The notes beneath the pieces are model-generated. The model did no database searches and had not been told where the DNA came from. It worked only from the letters and a program-made list of their open reading frames with translations. The position numbers were made by a program, and so were the translations under genes. A stretch of 32,000 nucleotides of DNA from Thalassolituus hydrocarboniclasticus (GTDB lineage Bacteria; Pseudomonadota; Gammaproteobacteria; Pseudomonadales; Oceanobacteraceae). Of this stretch, positions 1 through 9,058 are shown piece after piece. Every line of letters starts with the position of its first letter. Position 1 is the stretch's first letter. The stretch is from assembly GCF_025345565.1 (NCBI RefSeq), contig NZ_CP054475.1, positions 1,300,448-1,332,447 on the forward strand, given 5' to 3'.

Positions 1-63
1 GAGCAGACGCCGGGGCAATACCGTAAGGAAAAGAAAAGCGCCGGAGCTTAAAAAGCACCCTCG

Positions 64-446
64 CAGAAAGTCTCTTGCCATCTGGCTCCCACGCTCATCT
101 GGCTCCCATGTTCTGCGTATCCCTTGCCGGTACTGTTGCATTTCCACACGGAGCGGAGCGTTCCCACGCGGAGCATTCCCACGCGGAGCATGGGAACGAG
201 AAGAACGAGAAGAAACAGAAAGTCTCTTTCCATCTGGCTCCCACGCTCTGCGTGGTAGCCCTTGCCTGTACACACTAAGCAGGGCATTCCCACGCGGAGC
301 GTGGGAACGAGAAGAGCAGAGCATGGGAACGAGAATATCCATCTGGCTCCCACGCTCTGCGTGGTAGCCCTTGTCTGTACACACTAAGCAGGGCATTCCC
401 ACGCGGAGCCTGGGAACGAGAAGAACGAGAAGAACGAGAAGAAAAT
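64..446. repeat. REP-like composite repeat array. There are three units starting near 78, 230 and 339 (periods 152 and 109 bp). Each has two palindromic hairpins and ends in GAACGAGAA 9-mer runs.
   Basis: CCATCTGGCTCCCACGCTCTGCGTGGTAGCCCTTG(C/T)CTGTACACACTAAGCAGGGCATTCCCACGCGGAGC(G/C)TGGGAACGAGAAG occurs almost identically at 230-313 and 339-423, with a degenerate copy at 78-215. Hairpin TTCCCACGC-GGA-GCGTGGGAA at 287-307 has a 9-bp stem. GAACGAGAA is repeated 3x at 414-440. The array begins directly after the sulfatase stop codon. Confidence 0.85.
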
Positions 447-2510
447 TTAATCCGGCAAAACAATCGCAAACGAAGTTGCAGGTTTTTCAAACAGGCTGAA
501 AAAACGCACCAGATCAATCTTGCTGCCATCAATGTTCAGGTCATCGGAAAACAGCGTGTCTTTTAAGCCGACTTCACCAATCAGCATGCTGATAAACAGC
601 GGGTGAGTCAGGTTCAGGCTGGCGTTGATTTCACCTTCTTCCGGCGTGTCTTTGCTCAGCTGACGATGATGCAGTACCGCATTTTCAACCCATAGCAGAT
701 GGCTTTCATTCAGATCGGTGAAATTAATTTTAATGCGCCAGTTTTTATCGGCGGCATCTTCGGCTTTTAAGCGCACGGCCAGAGTATCGAAGAAGTTGGC
801 AACCGGCGTCTGCAGCAGCATATCTTTCATGGTGGCGATATTAATGCCGGTTTCCGGTGTGCCGGTACGTAATTCCAGTGCTGCTGTTAAATACACATCA
901 CGCCACGGGCCGGACTCAGCCTGATAACCCAGCTGATCATAATTACGTGCCAGCAGTTTACGTGCCGCACTATTATCCGGTTCGGCAAACACCAGATGAT
1001 TCAGCAGCTCGGCACTCCAGCGGTAATTACCGGCATCAAACGCACTCTGTGCTTTTTCCAGCAGGGCACCGGCGCCACCGGCGAGAGCAACATAACCGGC
1101 GGCACGTTGCGGATCGGGCAGCGGATCAAGGTGGGCCGGGTTGGCGTCGTACCAGCCTAAATAGCCCTGATAAACCGCACGTGCATTGTGTTTGACCGTG
1201 CCGTAATAACCCCGGCTGGAAAAGGCCTGAGCGAGGGAGTCGGGCAGGGCCAGATCTTCGGCAATTTCACCCGGTGTCATGCCCTGGTTCATACGGCGTA
1301 CGGTCTGGTCGTGAATAAATTTATAGGTATCGCGCTGTTGTTTCAGGAAGGTCTGAATACGTTCTTTGCCCCACATCGGCCAGTGGTGGCTGGCGAAATA
1401 AATATCGGCATCGGCAAACAGATTACGTGCTTCTTCAATATAAGCACTCCATTTCATGGCGTCGCGTACTTTGGCACCGCGCAGGGTGTAGAGGTTGTGC
1501 ATATTGCGCGAAACCACTTCACCACCGCAGAAGGCTTTATATTGTGGTAAATAAAAGGTGAACTCGGCCGGTGCTTCGGATTCCGGGGTGTACTGGAACT
1601 GAAACTGAACACCGTCAATGGTCAGCTCGGTTGGGGTTTTACTGACTAGCTGGTTGGGTTCAATAATGCTGAACTCACCAAACGCCGGGCCTTTACCCAG
1701 GCCGGAATCCACATGGCCGAATTCGTCCCGCGCCAGATTTTTACCGTACATATACACCGCACGGCGGCTCATGGCGGTACCGGCAATAATATTTTCGCTG
1801 GTGGCTTCTTCCATAAATCCGGCCGGTGCAATCACCGGAATATTCCGCTGCTCAATTTCCTGCTGGCTGATAATGCCGAGCACGCCGCCAAAATGGTCGA
1901 TATGGCTGTGGGTAAATAAAATGGCGCTGATATTCCGTGTGTCTGGGTAGCGCTCTGCCAGTTGCTGCATGGCGAAATTAAAGGCGGTGCGTGATGTTTC
2001 TTTAGCGGTGATCGGGTCGATCACAATCCAGCCGCTGTCGCCTTTAATCAGCGTCATGTTGGATAAATCAAAACCACGCAGCTGATAAATGCCCGGCGTG
2101 ACTTCAAATAAACCGTGAATATTATTCAGCTGTGCCTGACGCCACAGGCTGGGGTTGACGCTGTTGGGTGCATCACCCTGAACAAAACCGTAGGCCGGCA
2201 TATCCCAGACGTTTTTGGCCGGGTCGGCCAGCGAAGCAACCTGCAGGTTTTCCGGGCTGGCGATCAGGCCACGGCGGGCATCGTTAAAATCCTGCTGATC
2301 ATTCAGGTTCAGTTGCTCTGCCACCTGACGGTTTGCCGCAATGGTGGTGGCGGTAGCCGCGCGTTCGTCGCTGCTGACGCTGATCTGGTTATCGGACTGA
2401 CCGCAGGCGCTCAGTAACAGACCGGCGCTGAGCAGCAGCCCGGCATGCAGGCTTTGCTGACCACGGATTTTGCGCAAGCGCAAAGCAGGGAAAGGAAGTT
2501 TGATTGTCAT
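447..2510 (-). CDS. Alkyl/aryl-sulfatase, SdsA1/BDS1-like (MBL fold + dimerisation domain + SCP2-like C-terminus), lipoprotein, 687 aa
   Basis: MBL metal motif THSHIDHFGG. The stretch NYRWSAELLNHLVFAEPDNSAARKLLARNYDQLGYQAESGPWRDVYLTAALELR is typical of the alkyl-sulfatase dimerisation domain. Start set at MTIKLP (ATG 2510) with GGAG 7 nt upstream. Lipobox LLSAC. The 24-codon upstream extension of the ORF track is discarded. Confidence 0.9.
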   Translation of the reverse strand: MTIKLPFPALRLRKIRGQQSLHAGLLLSAGLLLSACGQSDNQISVSSDERAATATTIAANRQVAEQLNLNDQQDFNDARRGLIASPENLQVASLADPAKNVWDMPAYGFVQGDAPNSVNPSLWRQAQLNNIHGLFEVTPGIYQLRGFDLSNMTLIKGDSGWIVIDPITAKETSRTAFNFAMQQLAERYPDTRNISAILFTHSHIDHFGGVLGIISQQEIEQRNIPVIAPAGFMEEATSENIIAGTAMSRRAVYMYGKNLARDEFGHVDSGLGKGPAFGEFSIIEPNQLVSKTPTELTIDGVQFQFQYTPESEAPAEFTFYLPQYKAFCGGEVVSRNMHNLYTLRGAKVRDAMKWSAYIEEARNLFADADIYFASHHWPMWGKERIQTFLKQQRDTYKFIHDQTVRRMNQGMTPGEIAEDLALPDSLAQAFSSRGYYGTVKHNARAVYQGYLGWYDANPAHLDPLPDPQRAAGYVALAGGAGALLEKAQSAFDAGNYRWSAELLNHLVFAEPDNSAARKLLARNYDQLGYQAESGPWRDVYLTAALELRTGTPETGINIATMKDMLLQTPVANFFDTLAVRLKAEDAADKNWRIKINFTDLNESHLLWVENAVLHHRQLSKDTPEEGEINASLNLTHPLFISMLIGEVGLKDTLFSDDLNIDGSKIDLVRFFSLFEKPATSFAIVLPD

Positions 2511-2665
2511 TATAAGCTCCTGTGCTGATCTCTCAGTGTAGGAGCCTGACTGCGGCGTTGCCGGTTCGCACCGGTCAGTCACTTGTCTTTACTGACCACT
2601 CTTAAGTGGCCAGTCTGAAGTGAAGTGGCCAGTCTGCTGATACTGCCCGGTTTAATGCTGGCGGT

Positions 2666-3913
2666 TTAATGTTGAGTCGTTAACGACAAGCGGTAGGCCG
2701 ACAGTGCCGGTAACAGGCCGGCGAGTAAAGCCAGAGCAATGCTCAGCCCTGCATAAAGCCCACTGCCGTCGAGGTTCAGCAAAGGTTCAATCAGCAAGCC
2801 ATAGTGTTCGGCCAGCAGCGGTTGTGCCAGCCATTGCGTAGCCGCTGCGATGCTCAGGGCCAGCAGCCAGCTGAGCAGCGTCAGCAGTAATACCTCGGTT
2901 TCCAGCAGCACAAAGAGGTACAGCGGGCGGGCGCCAATAATACGCAGCAGGGCAATTTCCTGACGTCGTCCGGCCACGGTGACCTGCAGCATAGCCACCG
3001 AGCCGAGCAGGCTGGTGATTAACATCAGCAGGCTCAGTGCCTGCAGCAGTTGTTCGGCATTACCCAGCAATTGCCAGAATTCGCTCAGGGCAACGCCGGG
3101 AATGACCGCGGTTAGCGGTTCCTGATGGGGCTGGTTTAAAACGTTCTGCAGCTGAAATAACAGCGGCCGTGAGGTCAGCCCAACAAAGAGGGCGGAGATG
3201 GCATCAGCCTCAGGCAGATCCTGCCAGCCGGCCGTTGTTAGACGCAGAGCCTGTTGCGGATCGTGCAGCGCTTCCAGCGTTTGCAGATGCACATGCAGCG
3301 AGCGGTCAACCGGCGTGCCGGTTGGCTGCAGGATACCGGCAACCACAAAATCCACCTCTTTGTGTTGCATAAAACTGTGGCCATGGCTGCCGTGGCTGAG
3401 GTGCAGATGATCGCCCACGGTATAGCCACGCTCGCGTGCCACGGTGGCACCAATAAATACCTGCAGCGGTGCGGCAAAGTGTGGTTGCTGCAGATTGATC
3501 GCCGGCAGGGCGCTGCTTAATTGCAGCGCCTGCTGGCGGCCGTAACGGAAATGGCGGAAGTAATCATCGTTGGTGCCGATCACCGCATAGCCCTGATGGG
3601 AGTCGCCGAGCACGATGGGAAAGGCCCAGGCGGTTTGCGGCCGTTGTTCGATTTCATGCCAGCGCTCTGCCGACATCGCCTGAGTTGGCGTGCCCATGCG
3701 GAATACTGAATACAGTAACACCTGCAGTGGATGGCTGCGGGCGGCCACAATCAGGTCGGTGCCGCTGATGCTGTTGCTGAAGCTGCTGCGTAACTCGCTG
3801 CTTAAGCTGCGGGTCAGTAACAGGGTGGCGAGGCTCAGGCTCATCGCCAGCACAATCAGCGCCACCGCCAGTTTACGCTGCAGCAGACTTTTAACGGCCA
3901 GACGCATCAGCAT
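2666..3913 (-). CDS. ABC transporter permease, FtsX/MacB-LolE type, 415 aa
   Basis: N-terminal TM helix, a large periplasmic region, then a C-terminal cluster of 3 TM helices, which is typical FtsX-family topology. Its start overlaps the ATPase stop (ATGCTGA, 3907-3913). Confidence 0.8.
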   Translation of the reverse strand: MLMRLAVKSLLQRKLAVALIVLAMSLSLATLLLTRSLSSELRSSFSNSISGTDLIVAARSHPLQVLLYSVFRMGTPTQAMSAERWHEIEQRPQTAWAFPIVLGDSHQGYAVIGTNDDYFRHFRYGRQQALQLSSALPAINLQQPHFAAPLQVFIGATVARERGYTVGDHLHLSHGSHGHSFMQHKEVDFVVAGILQPTGTPVDRSLHVHLQTLEALHDPQQALRLTTAGWQDLPEADAISALFVGLTSRPLLFQLQNVLNQPHQEPLTAVIPGVALSEFWQLLGNAEQLLQALSLLMLITSLLGSVAMLQVTVAGRRQEIALLRIIGARPLYLFVLLETEVLLLTLLSWLLALSIAAATQWLAQPLLAEHYGLLIEPLLNLDGSGLYAGLSIALALLAGLLPALSAYRLSLTTQH

Positions 3914-4659
3914 GGCAGTGGCTCCTTATCTGATTCCGGAGTGGCGCGCTGACCGGGCTTGCAGCTGGCGATATCCAGCACCCGGTCAAAATGCGGCTGC
4001 AGGCTGAGGTCGTGGCTGACCAGTAACAGGCTGGCACCGCTGGCGGAACACTCCTGCAGCAGCAGGCGCATAAAGGCATTTTTGTTGTCGTTATCCAGTG
4101 CCGAGGTCGGCTCGTCGGCGATGATCAGCGCCGGACGGTGTACCAGTGCGCGGGCAATAGCAGCGCGCTGTTGCTGGCCAACGCTCAGCCGCGCCACGGT
4201 CTGGTTAGCCTGTTTGCTCAGATTCAGTTGTTGCAGCAGATACCCCTGCCAGTGGCGGTCGTTGTGCTGCCCGGCAAAGTTCTGCATCAGCTGCAGATTT
4301 TCGCTCACCGTCAGATAGGGCAGCAGGTTAAAGGTCTGGCTGATCACTCCGGTTTTGCTGGCACGCAGGTGGTCGCGCTGACGCGCGCTCAGTTGCCACA
4401 GCGATTTACCGGCCAGCCAAATCTCGCCGGTACTGGGCTGACAGAGCCCGGCAATAATATTCAGCAGGGTCGATTTACCGCTGCCCGACGGGCCATGCAG
4501 AAAACAGCGCTCGCCGGCCTGTAATTGAAAATGGCGGATATCCAGCAGGGTTTCTGCCTGTCCGGATTGGGCATCCGGCCAGGCGTGCAGCAGATGGCGG
4601 ATTTCCAGCACCGGCTGTACGGCGACAGGTTGATCTGCGGAAAGATCGGCTGTGATCAT
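3907..4659 (-). CDS. ABC transporter ATP-binding protein (MacB/LolD-like), 250 aa
   Basis: Walker A GPSGSGKST, signature LSVGQQQR, Walker B LIIADEPTSALD, H-loop LVSHD. It starts 5 nt after the TonB-receptor stop. Confidence 0.92.
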   Translation of the reverse strand: MITADLSADQPVAVQPVLEIRHLLHAWPDAQSGQAETLLDIRHFQLQAGERCFLHGPSGSGKSTLLNIIAGLCQPSTGEIWLAGKSLWQLSARQRDHLRASKTGVISQTFNLLPYLTVSENLQLMQNFAGQHNDRHWQGYLLQQLNLSKQANQTVARLSVGQQQRAAIARALVHRPALIIADEPTSALDNDNKNAFMRLLLQECSASGASLLLVSHDLSLQPHFDRVLDIASCKPGQRATPESDKEPLPC

Positions 4660-4664
4660 GTTGA

Positions 4665-6791
4665 TCAGAAGCTCCAGTTCAGCCCTAACTGCACATTGCG
4701 CCCGGCAAGCGGGGCCGCATGTTTCAGGTAGGACACATGGTTAACGGCGTATTGGTCGGTCAGGTTACTGGCGGCGAGGCGCCAGAGCAATTCGCTGTGC
4801 GCGAACAATTGGCGGTAACTGAGGCTGGCGTTCAGCAGCGTATAGCCGTCGCTGGGGTCTTCGTTGGCGGCGGTGCGCTTCTGGCTGGCTGTTGCCTGTC
4901 CTTCCAGGCGCATCAGCAGATGCCCGCTTTCCCGGTTGATGGCAAACAGGGCACTGGCCGGTGGCGTTCGTGGCAGATGATCACCGTTACGCAGACGCGC
5001 CTGAACCACATCGGCATTGATATCCAGATGCCAGAGTTCGTCAATGTTGTGCTGCCAGCTGAACTCCGCACCGAGAAAACGGGCATCGTCCTGCTCATGG
5101 CGATACACATGATTATCGTGGAAGGGATCGGTGAAATCTTTCAGCTCGTTGTAGATGTAATCCTGAAAACGGTAGTGGAACAGGGCGATTTTTACGCGGT
5201 CATGTTCGCTTTCACGCAGCCAGTTAATATCCACTGTCCAGGCGGTTTCCACGCTCAGGTCGGGATTATCGAGCTGGAATGAGAAGGTCGCATGGTGATC
5301 ACCATTCCAGAACAGCTCGGCGGCATCCGGTGCGCGTTGTACCCGTGCCAGATTCAGTCCCAGACGCTGTTGCTCATCCAGCACCCAGGTGCCGGCTGCC
5401 GACAAGGTCGCCGGATTGAAATTTTTGTCGTTGTAGTAGCTGCGTTGCTGGCGATAGTTGGGGTCAATCGGGTCCGGGTCTGAGCTGATACTGACAGAAT
5501 CAAGGCGTGCGCCAAGTTCCAGCGTGCCCTGTGCCCAATCGCGTTGCTCAACCAGAAACACACCGGTTTGCGTGGTTTCGTTCAGGGGCATTGGCGTTGA
5601 GTGGGAATGCAGAAAGCCGCCAAGTTCACGGTTTAACAGGTTGAATCCGGTTTCTCCGTCCCAGGCGGTTGCCGCAAACGAAGGGATGCCGCTGCAGCCG
5701 CTGTGATTATGGCATAAGGCCAGTTTCTGATATTTCATCTGCAGGCCAAAGGTTCCCTGCCATTGGCCGAATGCCGCATGGCGCATACGGCTTTGCAGCT
5801 CCCAGCTTTCCTGATCAAACAGGCCGATATCCACCGTGGCGGCACCGGGAATATCATTTCTGGCCCCGGTTTCTGCGTGTTCATAATCGTTGAATGACAG
5901 CTCGGTGCGCCATTCATCCAGCCAGCTGAAAGCGCTGGATGGGTCAGGACGCCAGGCACCTTTCAGGTCATAACGGACTTGCGTGGGCTTAACCCGGAAA
6001 GGCTCGCCATCGGTATTGGGCACGCCGTAGTCATATTCCAGAGTGCTGATGCTGCCACCGATAAAGCCCCGTTGACCGTCCGCCCAGCTCAGGGCAACAG
6101 CACCACCTGAGCCTTCGCTGTCGCTGTTGGCAATGCGGCCACTGTTGTTGGCGGCTGGAATGTCGCCGCGCTCGCCGCTGTGGTAATCAGCGGCACTGCG
6201 CTGAAAACCGTCGAGGTGCAGTGTCCAGTTGCCACGGCTTGTATCCATTAAGCCATCGGTGCTGTAACCGCTGTCGTTGCTGCTGCCTTTAATATTCAGC
6301 CCGCCACTCAGGGCTGAGCCTGGTTGTTCATGGATGCGGCGGTCAATCAGGTTAACCACGCCGCCAATGGCACCACCACCGTACATCAGGGTGGCCGGAC
6401 CGTAGATCACTTCAATCTGTTCTGCGGAGCTGGCTTCTGCCATCGGCGAGTGGTCGGAGCTCATGGCGGATAAGTCGGCGCTGTCACTGCCATTCTGCAA
6501 AATTTTTACCCGGCTGCCGCTCATACCGCGAATAACCGGCCTGCCAACGCCGGGCCCAAAGGAGGCGTTGGCAATACCTGGTGTGCTGTCGAGTAATGTA
6601 CCGAGAGTGTCACCCGGGTTGCCGTTGATCGCGTCTTTATCAAGAACGGTCGCAGGCTGGGCAACATCGTAGATTGAATTCTGTCCGGCACTGCTGACAA
6701 CAACGGTATCAAGTTCGGCGGAATGAGCGAGTACCTCAACGGACAGGCAAGCGGAGGTAAGACTTGTAATAACGGGAAACAGACGAGGCAT
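4665..6791 (-). CDS. TonB-dependent outer-membrane receptor, probably a metal (zinc) receptor (ZnuD-like by context), 708 aa
   Basis: Signal peptide MPRLFPVITSLTSACLSVEVLAHS, TonB box DTVVVS, plug motif RGMSGSRVKILQNGSDS, C-terminal LGLNWSF ending in Phe. His/Cys-containing loop segments include LCHNHSGCSG and HSHSTP. Start moved to ATG 6791. Confidence 0.88.
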   Translation of the reverse strand: MPRLFPVITSLTSACLSVEVLAHSAELDTVVVSSAGQNSIYDVAQPATVLDKDAINGNPGDTLGTLLDSTPGIANASFGPGVGRPVIRGMSGSRVKILQNGSDSADLSAMSSDHSPMAEASSAEQIEVIYGPATLMYGGGAIGGVVNLIDRRIHEQPGSALSGGLNIKGSSNDSGYSTDGLMDTSRGNWTLHLDGFQRSAADYHSGERGDIPAANNSGRIANSDSEGSGGAVALSWADGQRGFIGGSISTLEYDYGVPNTDGEPFRVKPTQVRYDLKGAWRPDPSSAFSWLDEWRTELSFNDYEHAETGARNDIPGAATVDIGLFDQESWELQSRMRHAAFGQWQGTFGLQMKYQKLALCHNHSGCSGIPSFAATAWDGETGFNLLNRELGGFLHSHSTPMPLNETTQTGVFLVEQRDWAQGTLELGARLDSVSISSDPDPIDPNYRQQRSYYNDKNFNPATLSAAGTWVLDEQQRLGLNLARVQRAPDAAELFWNGDHHATFSFQLDNPDLSVETAWTVDINWLRESEHDRVKIALFHYRFQDYIYNELKDFTDPFHDNHVYRHEQDDARFLGAEFSWQHNIDELWHLDINADVVQARLRNGDHLPRTPPASALFAINRESGHLLMRLEGQATASQKRTAANEDPSDGYTLLNASLSYRQLFAHSELLWRLAASNLTDQYAVNHVSYLKHAAPLAGRNVQLGLNWSF

Positions 6792-6812
6792 AAAAAAGAA
6801 CCTGAAGCGTAA

Positions 6813-6832
6813 GGGCCAGCAGATGCTGGCCC
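6813..6832 (-). other. Intercistronic stem-loop between the His-rich lipoprotein gene and the TonB receptor gene. It could be a partial terminator or an mRNA-stability element.
   Basis: GGGCCAGC-AGAT-GCTGGCCC is a perfect 8-bp stem. On the minus strand it is followed by ttacgcttcaggttctttttt and then the receptor ATG. Confidence 0.4.
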
Positions 6833-6863
6833 GGGTTATCTGAGCAGGGGTTACGCAGAGCAA

Positions 6864-8321
6864 TTAATGATCGTGATCATCATCCGCGTGCTCTTCCTCT
6901 GCTGCATGAGCGAATACAGCGCTGAAGGCATTGTTCAGGTTGCTGTTGGCAGTCGTTGAGTGCAGGTGATAATCGTCTTCAGCACTATGGGCATCGACTT
7001 CGTACAACGTGCTTGTTGCACTGTTTACAACCAGAAACTCATAAGCACCGGCCAGCAGCTGAGCATTCGCTGTGCTCCAGATGGCTGCAGCGGCTCCCAG
7101 TTGCTCCCGTGCAGTTTCTCCGCTGGCTACCGGGTTGCTGCTTTCATTCACATCAAAGCGGCTCACGGCCAGTTTGCCGCTGTTACTCAGAAGAGCGATG
7201 GCATCGTCTTCGGTTGTTGTTGTCACCGCGATAATGTCACCGAAGTTTTCACCGGTAATGGAGACTAAATCGCCACGGTGCGGATGGTCGCTGTGGGCAT
7301 TAACCAGCCACAGCTGATCGGCCGACCAGGCCGCAATAACACTGTGTTCATGGTTCGTTTTGGTTAAACCGGTAATGTTTTCGATAAAGCCGGTGCTGCC
7401 TGTTGTGACTTCACCGATGGCACCTTCACGGCGTGGGGCGGCTTCAGGGTAGCGCTGGGTGACGTGGAGGGTTTCACCGGCGCCTGCCGGATGGCCGTCA
7501 ACGGTTACATAGCCGCTGATCAGCCAGCGCAAGGTGCCATCACCGCATAAAATAAGCGTGAAGTTATCAGTCTGAGCGGTTTGTTCTACGCCATCGGCGC
7601 AGGTCATGGATTCTGCAAAGTAGCCATCGGTATTCGGGCGTACCCAAATCAGACCATCGCTACCGGTTGTGCCGTCAGCATTAACCACAGTGATGTCGGT
7701 ATTGGTTGGGGTTACCGCGTTAGGCGTAAAGGTCATGAACTGACCGCCCTGTAAAGCCAGAGCCGGATAGACCAGGTTATTGGGTAGGGTCAGTCCGCTA
7801 ACTGCTTCGCCATCGGCGGCTTCCAGCAACAGGCCGCTGCCATCATTTTTCAGCACAGAGAAGTGGTCTGTTGTGGCGACTACCTGAGCAACATCGGTAA
7901 TGGGGGCTGCGGTTAATGTTGCAACAGCATGAGCGTGAGCATCTTCACCGTGCATATGCTCCAGACCCGAGCTGACAATGCTCAGATCACTGCCATTCAG
8001 CATGGCGAGGGTGACACCATCGTTAGACAGAACCAGCTGAGCATCGGCACCTGTGGCTACGGTGGTGGAGGTGAACTGCTCGCTTGTAACCGTCTGATCA
8101 AACATTTTCAGGGTGTCAGCAGAGCCGGACAGTGAGTAAATCAAACGACCACCTTCGGCGTGAACATGGTCATGATCGTGATCATCATCGCCATCATTTG
8201 AAGATGATCCGCCGCAGGCGCTCAGGGTCAGGGCCAGCAAGGTGGTTAACGCGGTGGTCGTTACCGGTTTAAGCAAATGGCGGTGACGGAAGCGTACCTG
8301 GGGTTGTGCTCGTAGGTTCAT
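6864..8321 (-). CDS. His-rich periplasmic lipoprotein, putative zinc-binding or chaperone protein, beta-rich (possibly a beta-propeller, AztD-like?), 485 aa
   Basis: Lipobox LTLSACGG followed by SSSNDGDDDHDHDHVH. The C-terminus is HAAEEEHADDDHDH. Internal His clusters are EHMHGEDAHAHA, NHEHS, NAHSDHPHRGD and DAHSAEDDYHLHS. Start set at MNLRAQ (ATG 8321) with AAGGAA upstream. It is the first gene downstream of a Zur box. Confidence 0.75.
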   Translation of the reverse strand: MNLRAQPQVRFRHRHLLKPVTTTALTTLLALTLSACGGSSSNDGDDDHDHDHVHAEGGRLIYSLSGSADTLKMFDQTVTSEQFTSTTVATGADAQLVLSNDGVTLAMLNGSDLSIVSSGLEHMHGEDAHAHAVATLTAAPITDVAQVVATTDHFSVLKNDGSGLLLEAADGEAVSGLTLPNNLVYPALALQGGQFMTFTPNAVTPTNTDITVVNADGTTGSDGLIWVRPNTDGYFAESMTCADGVEQTAQTDNFTLILCGDGTLRWLISGYVTVDGHPAGAGETLHVTQRYPEAAPRREGAIGEVTTGSTGFIENITGLTKTNHEHSVIAAWSADQLWLVNAHSDHPHRGDLVSITGENFGDIIAVTTTTEDDAIALLSNSGKLAVSRFDVNESSNPVASGETAREQLGAAAAIWSTANAQLLAGAYEFLVVNSATSTLYEVDAHSAEDDYHLHSTTANSNLNNAFSAVFAHAAEEEHADDDHDH

Positions 8322-8406
8322 GCTGAATTCCTTATAGTCTGCGTCTTGTGTCAGTAACGTTGGCGCTGCCGGGCTTGGCAAGGTGCGGCGCGCCAAAGAA
8401 ATGATA

Positions 8407-8421
8407 TGTTATATTATAACT
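8407..8421. promoter_or_regulatory. Zur box (zinc uptake regulator operator) in a divergent promoter region
   Basis: TGTTATATTATAACT with the perfect palindromic core GTTATA-T-TATAAC (8408-8420), preceded by GAAATG. It lies in the 121-bp gap between divergent starts at 8321 and 8443. Confidence 0.75.
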
Positions 8422-8442
8422 TTTAGAATAGGAAACCCTGAG

Positions 8443-9036
8443 ATGGCTGTTTTTCGTTTTCTGTTGTCGGGTGGCTGCTTGCTGGCGCTTAGCTGTGTGG
8501 GTATCACACCGGCTGTGCTGGCCGCAGACCCGGTCTACCGCGAAATTGAATTTGCCGATTTGCTGCCGGATGAGGATTTCAAAGCGCTGTCGAATCCACC
8601 GGCCGAGCTGGCGGCGATTGCCGATGGTTCAGAAGAAGATCAGATTGATGCGGCGCTGGGGCAGGGCGAAGTGGGGAAAAACCCGGATCAGCCGCAGACT
8701 GACTGGCACCGGGCGTTGCAATCAACCAATATCCGCGCTGAATTTAACGGCCAGAAAGTCCGTATTCCGGGCTACATAGTGCCGCTGGAGTTTGATGACC
8801 AGCAGGTAGTTACCGAGTTCTTTCTGGTGCCTTACTACGGCGCCTGTATTCATCTGCCGCCGCCGCCACCGAATCAGCTGATTCTGGGCAAAAGCAGCGA
8901 TGGGGTAATGCTGGAAACCATCTACGATCCGTTCTGGATTGAAGGGACGCTGCTGACGGAAGTGAATAAAAATGACGTGGCGACTTCGGCCTACCGCATG
9001 ACGGTTGATCAGATTATTCCGTATAAAATGCAGTAA
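8443..9036 (+). CDS. DUF3299-like periplasmic protein, 197 aa
   Basis: Signal peptide MAVFRFLLSGGCLLALSCVGITPAVLAA. The segment GQKVRIPGYIVPLEFDDQQVVTEFFLVPYYGACIHLPPPPPNQ matches what I remember as the DUF3299 hallmark (GY.VPL ... F.LVP..GACIH.PPPP.NQ). AGGAAA RBS before ATG 8443. Confidence 0.75.
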   Translation: MAVFRFLLSGGCLLALSCVGITPAVLAADPVYREIEFADLLPDEDFKALSNPPAELAAIADGSEEDQIDAALGQGEVGKNPDQPQTDWHRALQSTNIRAEFNGQKVRIPGYIVPLEFDDQQVVTEFFLVPYYGACIHLPPPPPNQLILGKSSDGVMLETIYDPFWIEGTLLTEVNKNDVATSAYRMTVDQIIPYKMQ

Positions 9037-9058
9037 GCCTGAGCCGTCGTAAGCGGGG

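Noticed and set aside
48-532. ORFs 48-353 (-), 75-278 (+) and 275-532 (-) as protein genes
   Set aside because: They are translations of the REP-like repeat array. Their peptides repeat with the DNA period (HAERGNE, PTLRVGM), they have no RBS, and they overlap each other and the sulfatase 3' end.
447-2510. The alkyl sulfatase as the fifth gene of the Zur-controlled operon
   Set aside because: A 155-bp gap with its own direct repeats separates it from the permease gene. Co-transcription is possible (a zinc enzyme downstream of a zinc operon is tempting) but is not supported by the sequence alone.
2511-2582. N-terminal extensions given by the ORF track for several genes (sulfatase 2511-2582, TonB receptor 6792-6863, His-rich lipoprotein 8322-8396, DUF3299-like 8383-8442, katG 18899-19006, argG 22358-22486, amidase 27012-27137)
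   Set aside because: In each case an internal Met is preceded by a good Shine-Dalgarno sequence. That Met starts a proper signal peptide or the conserved family N-terminus. The extension is non-conserved-looking and often overlaps a neighbouring gene or a Zur box.
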